From contig CACJQX010000003.1 in the NCBI GenBank assembly GCA_902595595.1, forward strand, positions 8,260 to 72,259: a DNA stretch of 64,000 bases, in the 5' to 3' direction. Every line of letters starts with the position of its first letter. The stretch's first letter is position 1. Source of the stretch: an uncultured Pelagibacteraceae bacterium. Lineage in GTDB: Bacteria; Pseudomonadota; Alphaproteobacteria; Pelagibacterales; Pelagibacteraceae. Made by a program: the position numbers and the translations under genes. Below, piece by piece: positions 20,733 through 29,679 of this stretch. Below the pieces are notes generated by a model. That model saw only the letters and a program-made list of their open reading frames with translations. It was not told the origin of the DNA and searched no databases.

Positions 20733-22187
20733 ATGAGCCAAAATATAAAAATAGATCCCTACGGTTTTAGAGAATATGACGCCCGTTGGTTGTATGAGAA
20801 AGATATAAACCAATCTGGAATAGAGAATCTTGGAAGAGGGCTTGGAACACAAATAAAAATACATACCAAAAAAGACAATCCCAGAATCATAGTAGGTCAT
20901 GATTACCGTTCCTATAGTGAAGAAATAAAAACTGCTCTCAAAAAAGGAATAATGTCTACGGGATGTAGCATAGAGGATATTGGTCTTTCATTGTCTCCCA
21001 TGGTTTATTTTGCACAATTCAATTTAGATGCAGATGCAGTTGCTATGGTTACTGCAAGTCATAATGAAAATGGTTGGACTGGTGTAAAAATGGGAATCAA
21101 AAAAGGACTGACTCATGCACCTGAGGAAATGAAGGAATTAAAAGAAATTACCTTAAATGAAAAATTCACAAAAGGTGAAGGTAATGAAAAACAAATAAAA
21201 GATTTTGATAAAATTTATAAAAGTGATTTAATTAGTAAAAATAAAATTAATAAAAAAATAAAAGCTGTGGTGGCTTGTGGAAATGGAACAGCAGGTGTTT
21301 TTGCTCCAGATATTCTAAGAGGTATTGGATGTGAGGTAATAGAATTAGATTGTAATTTAGATTGGAATTTTCCTAAATACAATCCAAATCCAGAGGATCT
21401 AGAAATGCTTCACGAAATAGCAAAAGTAGTTAAAGAAAACAATGCTGATATAGGTTTTGGATTTGATGGTGATGGGGATAGAGTTGGTGTTATTGACGAC
21501 AAAGGTAATGAAATATTTTCAGATAAAATAGGGCTTTTAATAGCTAGAAATTTATCAGGTAAATATAAAAATTCAAAATTTGTAGTAGATGTAAAATCAA
21601 CGGGTTTATTCTCAAAAGATAAAATCTTATTAGAAAACAATTGTGAAACAATTTATTGGAAAACAGGTCATTCTCATATTAAAAGAAAAGTGAACACTGA
21701 AAAAGCATTAGCAGGTTTTGAAAAAAGTGGTCATTTCTTTTTTAATCAACCTTTAGGATATGGTTATGATGATGGAATTAACTCAGCAATTCAAGTGTGC
21801 CACTTATTAGATAATCAAAATAAAAAAATGAGTGAAATTATTAGTAAGTTACCTAATACATTTCAAACACCAACAATGGCACCTTTTTGCAAAGATGAAG
21901 AGAAGTATATTGTTGTTGAAGAGCTAGTTAAACAAATTGAAAATTTAAAAGAAAAAAAAACAGAAATAGATGGCCAAGTTATTAATTATATTTTAACTGT
22001 TAATGGAGTTAGGTTTTCATTCGAAGATGGTTCTTGGGGGCTTATAAGAGCTTCTTCAAACAAACCATCTTTAGTTATTGTGACTGAAAGCCCAACATCA
22101 GATGAAAGAAAGAAAAAAATCTTTGATTTTATTGACGATTTGTTACAAAAAACAGGTAAAGTCGGTGAGTATGATCAGAAAATTTAA
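20733..22187 (+). CDS. Phosphomannomutase/phosphoglucomutase
   Basis: FREYDAR, TASHN, FDGDGDR and GFEKSGH motifs. Confidence 0.93.
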   Translation: MSQNIKIDPYGFREYDARWLYEKDINQSGIENLGRGLGTQIKIHTKKDNPRIIVGHDYRSYSEEIKTALKKGIMSTGCSIEDIGLSLSPMVYFAQFNLDADAVAMVTASHNENGWTGVKMGIKKGLTHAPEEMKELKEITLNEKFTKGEGNEKQIKDFDKIYKSDLISKNKINKKIKAVVACGNGTAGVFAPDILRGIGCEVIELDCNLDWNFPKYNPNPEDLEMLHEIAKVVKENNADIGFGFDGDGDRVGVIDDKGNEIFSDKIGLLIARNLSGKYKNSKFVVDVKSTGLFSKDKILLENNCETIYWKTGHSHIKRKVNTEKALAGFEKSGHFFFNQPLGYGYDDGINSAIQVCHLLDNQNKKMSEIISKLPNTFQTPTMAPFCKDEEKYIVVEELVKQIENLKEKKTEIDGQVINYILTVNGVRFSFEDGSWGLIRASSNKPSLVIVTESPTSDERKKKIFDFIDDLLQKTGKVGEYDQKI

Positions 22188-23302
22188 TTCTTTAAATTAT
22201 CTTCATCGTTTTTATTTTCTAAATTATCGTTATCAGCTTTAGTTTCTAAATTATCGCCATCCTGATTATTTTCTTGTTCAGAAGTTTCGTCGCTATAAAA
22301 CTTTCTAATCAATTCCTCCTCTTTAAGTCGTTGTTCTTCATCAAATTTTTTCTCCCATTCTTTCATGCGCCTATTTTCTTCTTCAATTCTCTCTTTTTGA
22401 GCTTTTTCAGCTAATCGAATTCTTTCGTTTTCTTCTTCAATTCTTTTTTGTCTTTCCTCTTCTATTTTCAATTCTCTTTCTCTTTGACGTCTTTCATTTT
22501 CTCGATTTATTCTCTCACGTTCTGCTTCTTTAAGTGCTTTTTCTTTAATTCTTAATTCTTCTTCCTTGGCTCTTTGCTCAGCCTCCTCTTGTAAAATCTG
22601 TTTTTGAATTTCTTGCTGTCTTTCGTTTTCTAGATCTCTTAATCTTTGCTCCATTTCTTTAAGTTTTTCTTGCTCATATTTCAGCTTCCTAGCTGCCTCT
22701 CTTAATCTTTGTTCTTCCTCAAGTCTATTTTTCCTTTCAATTTCTTTTAATCTTATTTTTTCTTGTCTTTCTTTTTCTTTTTCATCTCTTCTCTTTTGAG
22801 CTTCGATTTCTTTATTTTTTAATTCTTCCTCTTTAATTTTAATATTTTCTTCTCTAATTCTTTGTCTTTCTAACATTTTGAGTCTTAAATCTTCTTCTTT
22901 AAGCTTTCTTGCTTCCTCTCTAAGTTTTCTAGTTTCTTCGTCCTTAATTTTTTTCTGTTCTATTTTAATTCTCTGAGCTTCTATTTTTTGTCTTTTCTCT
23001 TCATTCTTTTTTTCTTGCTTTTCATTTTCAATGATTAATTTTTTTTGAAATAGAAGTTTTTTTCTTTCTTCTTTTAGTTCATCTTGTTTAGCTTTTTTCG
23101 CTAATTTTTTTTCTAAAATTAATTCTCTTTTCTTCTCTTTCTCTAATTGTTTTTGTAATGCTAAATCCTTTTTAACTTTGTTTTTTTTAAAATCTTTTAA
23201 AAGCGAGGAAAACTTATTTTTAGTTTTATCTATTGGATCAAATAAATTCTTTTTAATATTTTTATTAATATTTTTTATTGAAACCATTTTTAAAAGTATC
23301 AA
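22184..23302 (-). CDS. Hypothetical E/K/R/Q-rich coiled-coil or single-alpha-helix protein (likely start ATG 23287)
   Basis: Long ORF with a very long charged stretch lacking Pro and Gly, a basic N-terminus and an acidic N/D tail. Confidence 0.7.
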   Translation of the reverse strand: MILLKMVSIKNINKNIKKNLFDPIDKTKNKFSSLLKDFKKNKVKKDLALQKQLEKEKKRELILEKKLAKKAKQDELKEERKKLLFQKKLIIENEKQEKKNEEKRQKIEAQRIKIEQKKIKDEETRKLREEARKLKEEDLRLKMLERQRIREENIKIKEEELKNKEIEAQKRRDEKEKERQEKIRLKEIERKNRLEEEQRLREAARKLKYEQEKLKEMEQRLRDLENERQQEIQKQILQEEAEQRAKEEELRIKEKALKEAERERINRENERRQRERELKIEEERQKRIEEENERIRLAEKAQKERIEEENRRMKEWEKKFDEEQRLKEEELIRKFYSDETSEQENNQDGDNLETKADNDNLENKNDEDNLKN

Positions 23303-23419
23303 TTAGAATAATAACACTAAATATTATGTATGGCTAAATTGAGTTTTTTTTTCAGACTAAATACAACTTAAGATTGTTTAGGTTTAAATTAGTTGATAAA
23401 TTACATTTTCAACTATTAA

Positions 23420-23499
23420 GTGTTCATAAATATTTAAAGAATCACTTATTTTGTATTTGTGAGGTGATGGAGGGAGACTGAAATCACCTCTTTTTTTTT
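23420..23499 (+). ncRNA. Candidate small RNA (5' end uncertain)
   Basis: Orphan + strand terminator within a 200 bp gap between two minus-strand genes, unusually long for this genome. Confidence 0.35.
23461..23499 (+). terminator. Intrinsic terminator-like hairpin with no upstream + strand CDS
   Basis: GAGGTGAT-(14 nt)-ATCACCTC followed by T9. Confidence 0.7.
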
Positions 23500-23504
23500 G
23501 CTTG

Positions 23505-24290
23505 TTATAATTTTAAGTATTCGTAAAAAAATTTAACCGAGACCACTAAAAGAAAAATACCAAAAAACTTACTAATTTTATTCTTATCAATACTGTGTAC
23601 TGTTTTAGCTCCTATCCGAGCCATGAAAGTTGTAATTGGTATAAATATTAAAAAGGCTGGTATATTTATAAAACCAATGCTTAGAGGTAGACTTGAGTTT
23701 AAATAATTTCCTGAAATTAAAAAACCTATTGCTCCAAATAAAGCAATTAAAAAACCTATAGCTGCTGCACTTCCAATGGCTTTATTTATTGAATAACCAA
23801 AAAACTTAAGGATAGGAACATTCATTACGGCTCCTCCTATACCCATAGGTGCAGATATAAACCCAACAAGAAAACCAAGAATGACTTTTAGATGTAATTT
23901 CATTTTAACAATTATGTTTTGTTCCTTTTCTTTTATTAACAATAAGTAAATTCCTAAAAATAAAATCATAATTGAAAAAAATAAAACCAAAGATTTAGTT
24001 TTTAAAGAAGCTGCAAAAGCAGTACCAACAACTACACCTAGTACAACAAACAAACCATAGTTTTTAACAATATCGAAATCAACAGCTTTAAATTTGTGAT
24101 GTGTTAAAACTGAAACTGTAGATGTTGGTATTATAATTGCAAAAGAAGTTCCGACGGCAAGGTGCATAATGTATTGAGTATCAATTTTTAAAGAACCAAA
24201 AATAAAATATAAAAATGGAACAGTTATCAACCCTCCGCCAATACCAAATAATCCAGCAACAAATCCAACTGGTATAGCCGTTAAGGCCAT
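23505..24290 (-). CDS. TauE/SafE (TSUP) family membrane transporter
   Basis: GLFGIGGGLITVP, AVGTS and MGIGGAVMNVP repeats; hydrophobic; the frame is open further upstream, so the start may be earlier. Confidence 0.88.
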   Translation of the reverse strand: MALTAIPVGFVAGLFGIGGGLITVPFLYFIFGSLKIDTQYIMHLAVGTSFAIIIPTSTVSVLTHHKFKAVDFDIVKNYGLFVVLGVVVGTAFAASLKTKSLVLFFSIMILFLGIYLLLIKEKEQNIIVKMKLHLKVILGFLVGFISAPMGIGGAVMNVPILKFFGYSINKAIGSAAAIGFLIALFGAIGFLISGNYLNSSLPLSIGFINIPAFLIFIPITTFMARIGAKTVHSIDKNKISKFFGIFLLVVSVKFFYEYLKL

Positions 24291-24330
24291 TAATAGAACA
24301 ATATAACTGTATTCGTTTGTTAATATTGAA

Positions 24331-25323
24331 TTAAGCAGACTGCCCTACTCTAGTATCTACATTGTTGTATTTAATTTTATCCATGATGTGATCAATTTTT
24401 TTTACATCAGCATCTCTTACACACATATTTTCACTTAAATATCTTTTCCAATAACTTGCACCAGTTTGACCATGAAATAAACCAAGAGTATGTCTCATAA
24501 TTTGATTTAATCTTGTTCCTTTTTTTAATTCTTCTTTCACATAAGGAATGAGTTGTTCAATTACATCTTGTCTACTTGGAACATCATCATTATTAAATAT
24601 TTCTCTTTCAATATCTGCTAATAAATAAGGGGTATGATACGCAGCTCTTCCAATCATTACACCATCTGTTTTTTCTAAATGAGGTTTTATTTCATCTACT
24701 GATGTTATTCCTCCATTGATAATAATCTCTTCATTTGGAAAATCTTTTTTTAATTTATAAACATATTCGTATTTTAAAGGAGGAATATTTAAATTTTGCT
24801 TAGGTGTAAATTTACCTAACATTGCTTTTCTTGCATGAATGATAAAAGTTTTAACCCCGGTTGCTTTTAGAGTTGAAATAAAATTATGTAAATTTTCATA
24901 ATCTTCCACATCATCATAACCAATTCTTGTTTTTATAGTTACTGGTAGTTTTGTAACAGATTGCATTTTACTTAAACAATCTGCCACTAAATTTGGCTCT
25001 TTCATTAAACAAGCACCAAATCTATTTTTTTCAACTTTTTTACTAGGGCAACCTAAGTTTAGATTGATTTCATCATAACCAAAATCTTCACCTACTTTAG
25101 TGGCTTCAGCTAAAAGTTTTGGAGAAGAGCCTCCTAATTGAAGTGCTACAGGTTTCTCATTAATATTAAACTCCAATAACTTTTTTTTATCTCCTCTATT
25201 TATGGCTTCATCGACTACCATCTCAGTATAAAGAAGAGTGTTTTTGGATATTAATCTAAGAAAAAATCGCTCATGACGATCTGTACAATCCATCATAGGA
25301 GCGACTGATACTAACCTATTCAT
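24331..25323 (-). CDS. dusA: tRNA dihydrouridine(20/20a) synthase
   Basis: VAPMMD, NLNLGCPS, HARKA, INGGI and GVMIGRAAY motifs. Confidence 0.93.
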   Translation of the reverse strand: MNRLVSVAPMMDCTDRHERFFLRLISKNTLLYTEMVVDEAINRGDKKKLLEFNINEKPVALQLGGSSPKLLAEATKVGEDFGYDEINLNLGCPSKKVEKNRFGACLMKEPNLVADCLSKMQSVTKLPVTIKTRIGYDDVEDYENLHNFISTLKATGVKTFIIHARKAMLGKFTPKQNLNIPPLKYEYVYKLKKDFPNEEIIINGGITSVDEIKPHLEKTDGVMIGRAAYHTPYLLADIEREIFNNDDVPSRQDVIEQLIPYVKEELKKGTRLNQIMRHTLGLFHGQTGASYWKRYLSENMCVRDADVKKIDHIMDKIKYNNVDTRVGQSA

Positions 25324-25345
25324 GGTATAACTTTATATTATTTTT

Positions 25346-25882
25346 TTATGAGTTTGAAGCTTCAGTGTCGTCTGAAGATACGTCTACTTCTTGATTTTCT
25401 GATTCTGATACCTCATCTAAAGAAACTTCTCCTTGTTCATTCATAGTTTCTTCACCTACTGAATTATCAACTTCAGCTGTAGCTGTTTCAGATAGCTCAG
25501 CCAAATCCTCTTTTGTTACTTGAATTTTTTCTGGAGTTTTTCTTGCTCTTTTAGATGGTAAAATTGGAGTACCACTTTTTGAAATTTCACCTTTGTAAAG
25601 ATTTTCAAAATCATCACCTATTTCTTCATCATCCTCAGCAGTATCGTCAACTTGTTCAACATGTTTTCTAAGTTTATAAACAGCACTATCAGTTAAATCT
25701 GAAACTTTTATTTTTTCTTCTGCAATTTCTCTTAATGAAATAACCGTATTTTTATCGTTATCTCTATCAATTGTTGGTTCTATTCCTGCATTAAGTTGAG
25801 TAGCTCTTTCTTTAGCAACTAGTACTAATTCATAAGGGCTCTCTACTTTATCTATACAGTCTTCTACGGTTACTCGTGCCAT
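25346..25882 (-). CDS. rpoZ: RNA polymerase omega subunit with long acidic C-terminal extension
   Basis: MARVTVEDC..YELVLVA..RA and DKNTVISLREIAE motifs. Confidence 0.95.
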   Translation of the reverse strand: MARVTVEDCIDKVESPYELVLVAKERATQLNAGIEPTIDRDNDKNTVISLREIAEEKIKVSDLTDSAVYKLRKHVEQVDDTAEDDEEIGDDFENLYKGEISKSGTPILPSKRARKTPEKIQVTKEDLAELSETATAEVDNSVGEETMNEQGEVSLDEVSESENQEVDVSSDDTEASNS

Positions 25883-25888
25883 GCGGAG

Positions 25889-25917
25889 TATCTACACAGT
25901 GAGTCTTTAAAAATCAA
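25889..25917 (-). promoter_or_regulatory. Putative promoter giving a leaderless rpoZ mRNA
   Basis: Minus strand TTGATT-N17-TAGATA-N6-ATG. Confidence 0.5.
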
Positions 25918-25926
25918 GGGCTATTT

Positions 25927-27132
25927 TTATAAATAATGAGGATTTAACTTATTTTTAACCAAATAAAGAAGAATAATTGAACCAAAGATATAAGTTCCTG
26001 AAACAATGGCTATCTGTTCAATTGAAAAACCAATATCAATCAAAAAACCAAATAAAGCTGTGCCAAATGCTGTTGAAAATACCATCAATGCAGTTGTTAA
26101 GGCTTTTATGGACCCAATATATTTAACACCATAAATCTCAGCCCAAGTTGAGGAACCAAGTACGTTTGCCAAACCATTGGTTACCCCCACTAAACCAAAA
26201 AATACAAATGAAGACAGTGGTGCATCAAAATAGTAGAGAACTATAGTGCCAAAAAGAAGTGGGATATTCATATAGATTAATAATTTTCTACTTGAAAATT
26301 TATCAATTAAAAAACCAGATATAAACAGAGTAATCACTGATAAAATAGAGTAAGCCATAAATGATTGTGCAATCACATAAGGTCCCCACTCTTTAGAAGA
26401 AGATATAAAAGACTGATAGACAAAAGATCCTGTTGCAATCCATGGCATTGCTAACATCGTCATACACATAATGTAAAATCTATAATCTTTTAATACCTCT
26501 ATTCTTTTCCATTGTTTAATTTCTTTATTATTCTCTTCTACTTTAGACTCTTCTCTAGTATCAAGCTTAACCTCTTTTACTAAAATAAAAGTTGCTACAG
26601 GCAAAACAAGTATAACTAAAATAGAAATTGAAACCCAAATATCTCTCCATTCTATAAAAGTTAATAAAAAAACAATTAAAACTGGCATTATAAATTCAGC
26701 TAAAGACAAACCTAACCAACCTGTGCTTAAAGCTCTACCTCGATTTTTTTCAAAAAAACGAGATATGGTTGTTGTAGCTGTATGACTTGATAAACCTTGC
26801 CCAGCTAAACGCATTAAAAAAATTCCTATAAATAAAAAAATAACAGATGAAATCTTTGAAAATATAAAACAGGAAGCTGATAAAAAAATTATTACATAAG
26901 ATGCAAATTTTAAAATATTTACATCATCGATTTTTTTTCCAATCCAAACTAAAACGATACTACTTAATAAGGTGGCTGATGCATAAATTGAGCCAAATTG
27001 TCCATGTGTAATTGATAAGGCGTCTCTAATACTAGAATTAAATAGGCCAAGAAAAAAACTCTGTCCAAAACTTGAAAAAAATGTAAAAATAAATCCAAAT
27101 ACAATTACTTTTAAACTTAAACTTTTAAACAT
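25927..27132 (-). CDS. MFS transporter
   Basis: About 12 hydrophobic segments; GKKIDD and GFLIDKFSSR motif-A-like loops. Confidence 0.88.
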   Translation of the reverse strand: MFKSLSLKVIVFGFIFTFFSSFGQSFFLGLFNSSIRDALSITHGQFGSIYASATLLSSIVLVWIGKKIDDVNILKFASYVIIFLSASCFIFSKISSVIFLFIGIFLMRLAGQGLSSHTATTTISRFFEKNRGRALSTGWLGLSLAEFIMPVLIVFLLTFIEWRDIWVSISILVILVLPVATFILVKEVKLDTREESKVEENNKEIKQWKRIEVLKDYRFYIMCMTMLAMPWIATGSFVYQSFISSSKEWGPYVIAQSFMAYSILSVITLFISGFLIDKFSSRKLLIYMNIPLLFGTIVLYYFDAPLSSFVFFGLVGVTNGLANVLGSSTWAEIYGVKYIGSIKALTTALMVFSTAFGTALFGFLIDIGFSIEQIAIVSGTYIFGSIILLYLVKNKLNPHYL

Positions 27133-27143
27133 AGAAAAAAATT

Positions 27144-28019
27144 ATGACTTGTAATGTTGCTTTCATAGGTCTTGGGGTCATGGGCTACCCAATGGCTGGT
27201 TATATATCAAAAGCCGGACACAATGTAACTGTTTTTAATAGAACTAAATCTAAAGCTGAAAAATGGATTGGTGAATATGAAGGTAAAATGGCGAATACAC
27301 CTGCGGAGGCTGCAGATGGTGCTGATTTTATTTTTACATGTGTTGGTAATGATGATGATTTAAGAGAAGTAGCAACTGGAGAAAATGGATTATTTAACAC
27401 AGCAAAAGCTGGGTCTATTTTTATTGATAACTCAACTGTATCTGCAGAAGTATCAAGAGAATTAAATAAAAAAGCAAATGATAAAGGGTTTAGTTTTTTA
27501 GATGCCCCTATTTCTGGTGGACAAGCTGGTGCTGAGGGAGGAATACTAACAGTAATGGTTGGTGGCGATGAAAAAGTGTTTAAAAAGGCTGAACCTGTGA
27601 TTGATTGTTACAGTAAAAAAGTAAAATTAATTGGTCCTTGTGGAAGTGGTCAGTTAACAAAGATGATGAACCAAATGTGTATTGCTGGAACAGTACAAGG
27701 TTTATCAGAGGCAATTAATTTTGGAATAAACGCAGGTTTAGATATGGATAAAGTTATGGAAACAATATCTAAAGGTGCAGCACAATCTTGGCAGATGGAA
27801 AACAGATACCGAACTATGACAGATGATAAATTTGATTATGGTTTTGCCATTGATTGGATGAGAAAAGATTTAAAAATTGCAATTGAAGAAGCAAAGAAAA
27901 ATGGCTCGCCTGTTCCTATAACAGAAATTATTGATGGTTATTACGCTGAAGTTCAAGAAATGGGTGGAAACCGTTGGGATAGTTCAGGTTTGATTGCTAG
28001 ATTAAAAAAGAAAAAATAA
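27144..28019 (+). CDS. Beta-hydroxyacid dehydrogenase (3-hydroxyisobutyrate dehydrogenase family)
   Basis: FIGLGVMGYPMA, LDAPISGG and GSGQLTKMMNQ motifs; GTG/ATG start 11 bp from the divergent MFS gene. Confidence 0.9.
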   Translation: MTCNVAFIGLGVMGYPMAGYISKAGHNVTVFNRTKSKAEKWIGEYEGKMANTPAEAADGADFIFTCVGNDDDLREVATGENGLFNTAKAGSIFIDNSTVSAEVSRELNKKANDKGFSFLDAPISGGQAGAEGGILTVMVGGDEKVFKKAEPVIDCYSKKVKLIGPCGSGQLTKMMNQMCIAGTVQGLSEAINFGINAGLDMDKVMETISKGAAQSWQMENRYRTMTDDKFDYGFAIDWMRKDLKIAIEEAKKNGSPVPITEIIDGYYAEVQEMGGNRWDSSGLIARLKKKK

Positions 28020-28024
28020 TATTT

Positions 28025-28630
28025 GTGACGGATACAGTTCCTTATTACGAGGACTTTGCAGAGATCAAAAAGAAAATTTGGTCAATGCTAGATAATGCTG
28101 TGAAAGACAGAGGTTCTCCTTTTAGAATACCAGTATTCATTTGTGGTGATCAATCAGACTTTGATGGAAGAATTGTTGTTCTAAGAAAATCTGATCAATC
28201 AAATAATTTAGTACAATATCATAGCGATATTAGGTCAGATAAAATTGAAAAATTAAAAGCAAATAAAAATGCAGCAATGTTATTTTACGATAAAGATGAA
28301 AAAATACAGGTTAGATTGAAAGTTGAATGTACGGTTAATCACAATAATGATGTAACAAAAGAATCTTGGTCAAAAACCCAACATATTAGCAGAAAATGTT
28401 ATTTGGTTGATAATGGTCCAGGAACTGAGTCAGATCTACCAACTTCCGGTCTAAAACCAGAATTAGATAATTTTGATTATACCAAAGAACAAAGCGAAGA
28501 GGGTTATAAAAACTTTACTGTTATTCAGTGCAAAATTAAATCTATAGAATGGCTTTATTTAGCAGCTAAAGGCCATCGAAGAGCAAAGTTTAATTTAGAA
28601 AATAAAAAAGATACCTGGTTAGTTCCATAG
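28025..28630 (+). CDS. Pyridoxamine 5'-phosphate oxidase-related FMN-binding protein
   Basis: RIVVLR, HSDIRSDK, FYD..KIQVRL and EWLYL..GHRRA motifs. Confidence 0.8.
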   Translation: MTDTVPYYEDFAEIKKKIWSMLDNAVKDRGSPFRIPVFICGDQSDFDGRIVVLRKSDQSNNLVQYHSDIRSDKIEKLKANKNAAMLFYDKDEKIQVRLKVECTVNHNNDVTKESWSKTQHISRKCYLVDNGPGTESDLPTSGLKPELDNFDYTKEQSEEGYKNFTVIQCKIKSIEWLYLAAKGHRRAKFNLENKKDTWLVP

Positions 28631-28834
28631 ATGGTTACTGGATATATATTTACAGCATTTCTTATATTTTTAGGATTAGCTGTAATGAGATTTGGGAGTA
28701 TTCATTTTAAAAAATTTAAAGAGGGTAAAACCAAAATTAAATCTAAGTTAAGTGGGCAATTATCTTTTTTAATTTTATTTTTAATAATAATTGGATTGAT
28801 AGTTTATTCAGTCAACGATCTATTATTTAACTAA
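28631..28834 (+). CDS. Small hypothetical membrane protein (2 TM segments)
   Basis: Abuts the upstream stop; two hydrophobic segments around a Lys-rich loop. Confidence 0.6.
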   Translation: MVTGYIFTAFLIFLGLAVMRFGSIHFKKFKEGKTKIKSKLSGQLSFLILFLIIIGLIVYSVNDLLFN

Positions 28835-28847
28835 ACCAATTATTCTT

Positions 28848-29138
28848 TCAAATACCTTTAATAATTATATTTGTACCTTCGGAATTATCTAATCTTATTT
28901 GTTTTATTGGTTTGTACTCCTCAGAATTGTACCATTCTAATGCTTTTTCATATGTAGGAAATTTAAGAATAATAATTCTAGGAAATTTTGTTTCACCATC
29001 AAAAATTTTAAACTCACCAGCTCTTACTAAAAATTCTCCACCATATTTTTTTACGAGTGGCGTAACCTTTTCAACATATTCTTTATAATTTTCAGGATTA
29101 GTTACTTTTAATTGAGCTATTACGTAGCCTGCTGGCAT
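28848..29138 (-). CDS. DUF1330 family protein
   Basis: YGGEFLVRAG, FPTYEKALEWYNSEEY pattern. Confidence 0.88.
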   Translation of the reverse strand: MPAGYVIAQLKVTNPENYKEYVEKVTPLVKKYGGEFLVRAGEFKIFDGETKFPRIIILKFPTYEKALEWYNSEEYKPIKQIRLDNSEGTNIIIKGI

Positions 29139-29147
29139 TTATCTCCT

Positions 29148-29660
29148 TTAAAAAATTGATTTCGAATATTTTTTCCAATTATCTTGATAATGTTTTGTGT
29201 TTTCAAACACTGCTTTTTTTTCTTCCTCTGAAACTTCTCTAATAACTTTACCTGGAGAACCAACAACCAAAGAGTTATCTGGTATGACTTTATTTTCAGT
29301 TATTAAAGCTTTTGCACCAATGATACAATTTTTACCAATATTAGCTTTATTTAAGATAACAGCTCCAATTCCAATTAAACTGTTGTCTCCAATAGTACAT
29401 CCATGAAGCATAACTAAATGGCCAACAGTAACATTTTTTCCTACCTTTAAAGGACATCCAGGATCTGTGTGCAATACGCTTCCATCTTGTACATTAGATC
29501 CTTCACCAATATGAATATTTTCAATATCTCCTCTAAGCACTGCATTAAACCAAATACTTGTATTTTTTTCTAAAGTAACATCCCCTATTATTGTAGCATT
29601 TGGCGCTACCCAATTTTCGCCAGAGTTTTTTGGTTTTTTATCTTTTAAATCATAAAACAT
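29148..29660 (-). CDS. Gamma carbonic anhydrase family protein
   Basis: LRGD, SNVQDGSVLH and VGHLVMLHGC hexapeptide repeats. Confidence 0.92.
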   Translation of the reverse strand: MFYDLKDKKPKNSGENWVAPNATIIGDVTLEKNTSIWFNAVLRGDIENIHIGEGSNVQDGSVLHTDPGCPLKVGKNVTVGHLVMLHGCTIGDNSLIGIGAVILNKANIGKNCIIGAKALITENKVIPDNSLVVGSPGKVIREVSEEEKKAVFENTKHYQDNWKKYSKSIF

Positions 29661-29679
29661 AATCTATATATTTTACATT

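Noticed and set aside
20703-20900. 65 aa minus-strand ORF upstream of nrdA as a possible leader peptide
   Set aside because: It mostly overlaps the phosphomutase gene on the opposite strand and has no supporting features
22184-23302. Purine-skewed low-complexity DNA as a tandem repeat or CRISPR-like array
   Set aside because: No exact periodic repeat or repeat-spacer structure; the skew follows from E/K/R codons
23467-23481. Micro-ORF ATG GAG GGA GAC TGA (MEGD) in the hairpin
   Set aside because: The SD-like sequence overlaps the ATG with no spacing and is sequestered in the stem; better explained as RNA structure
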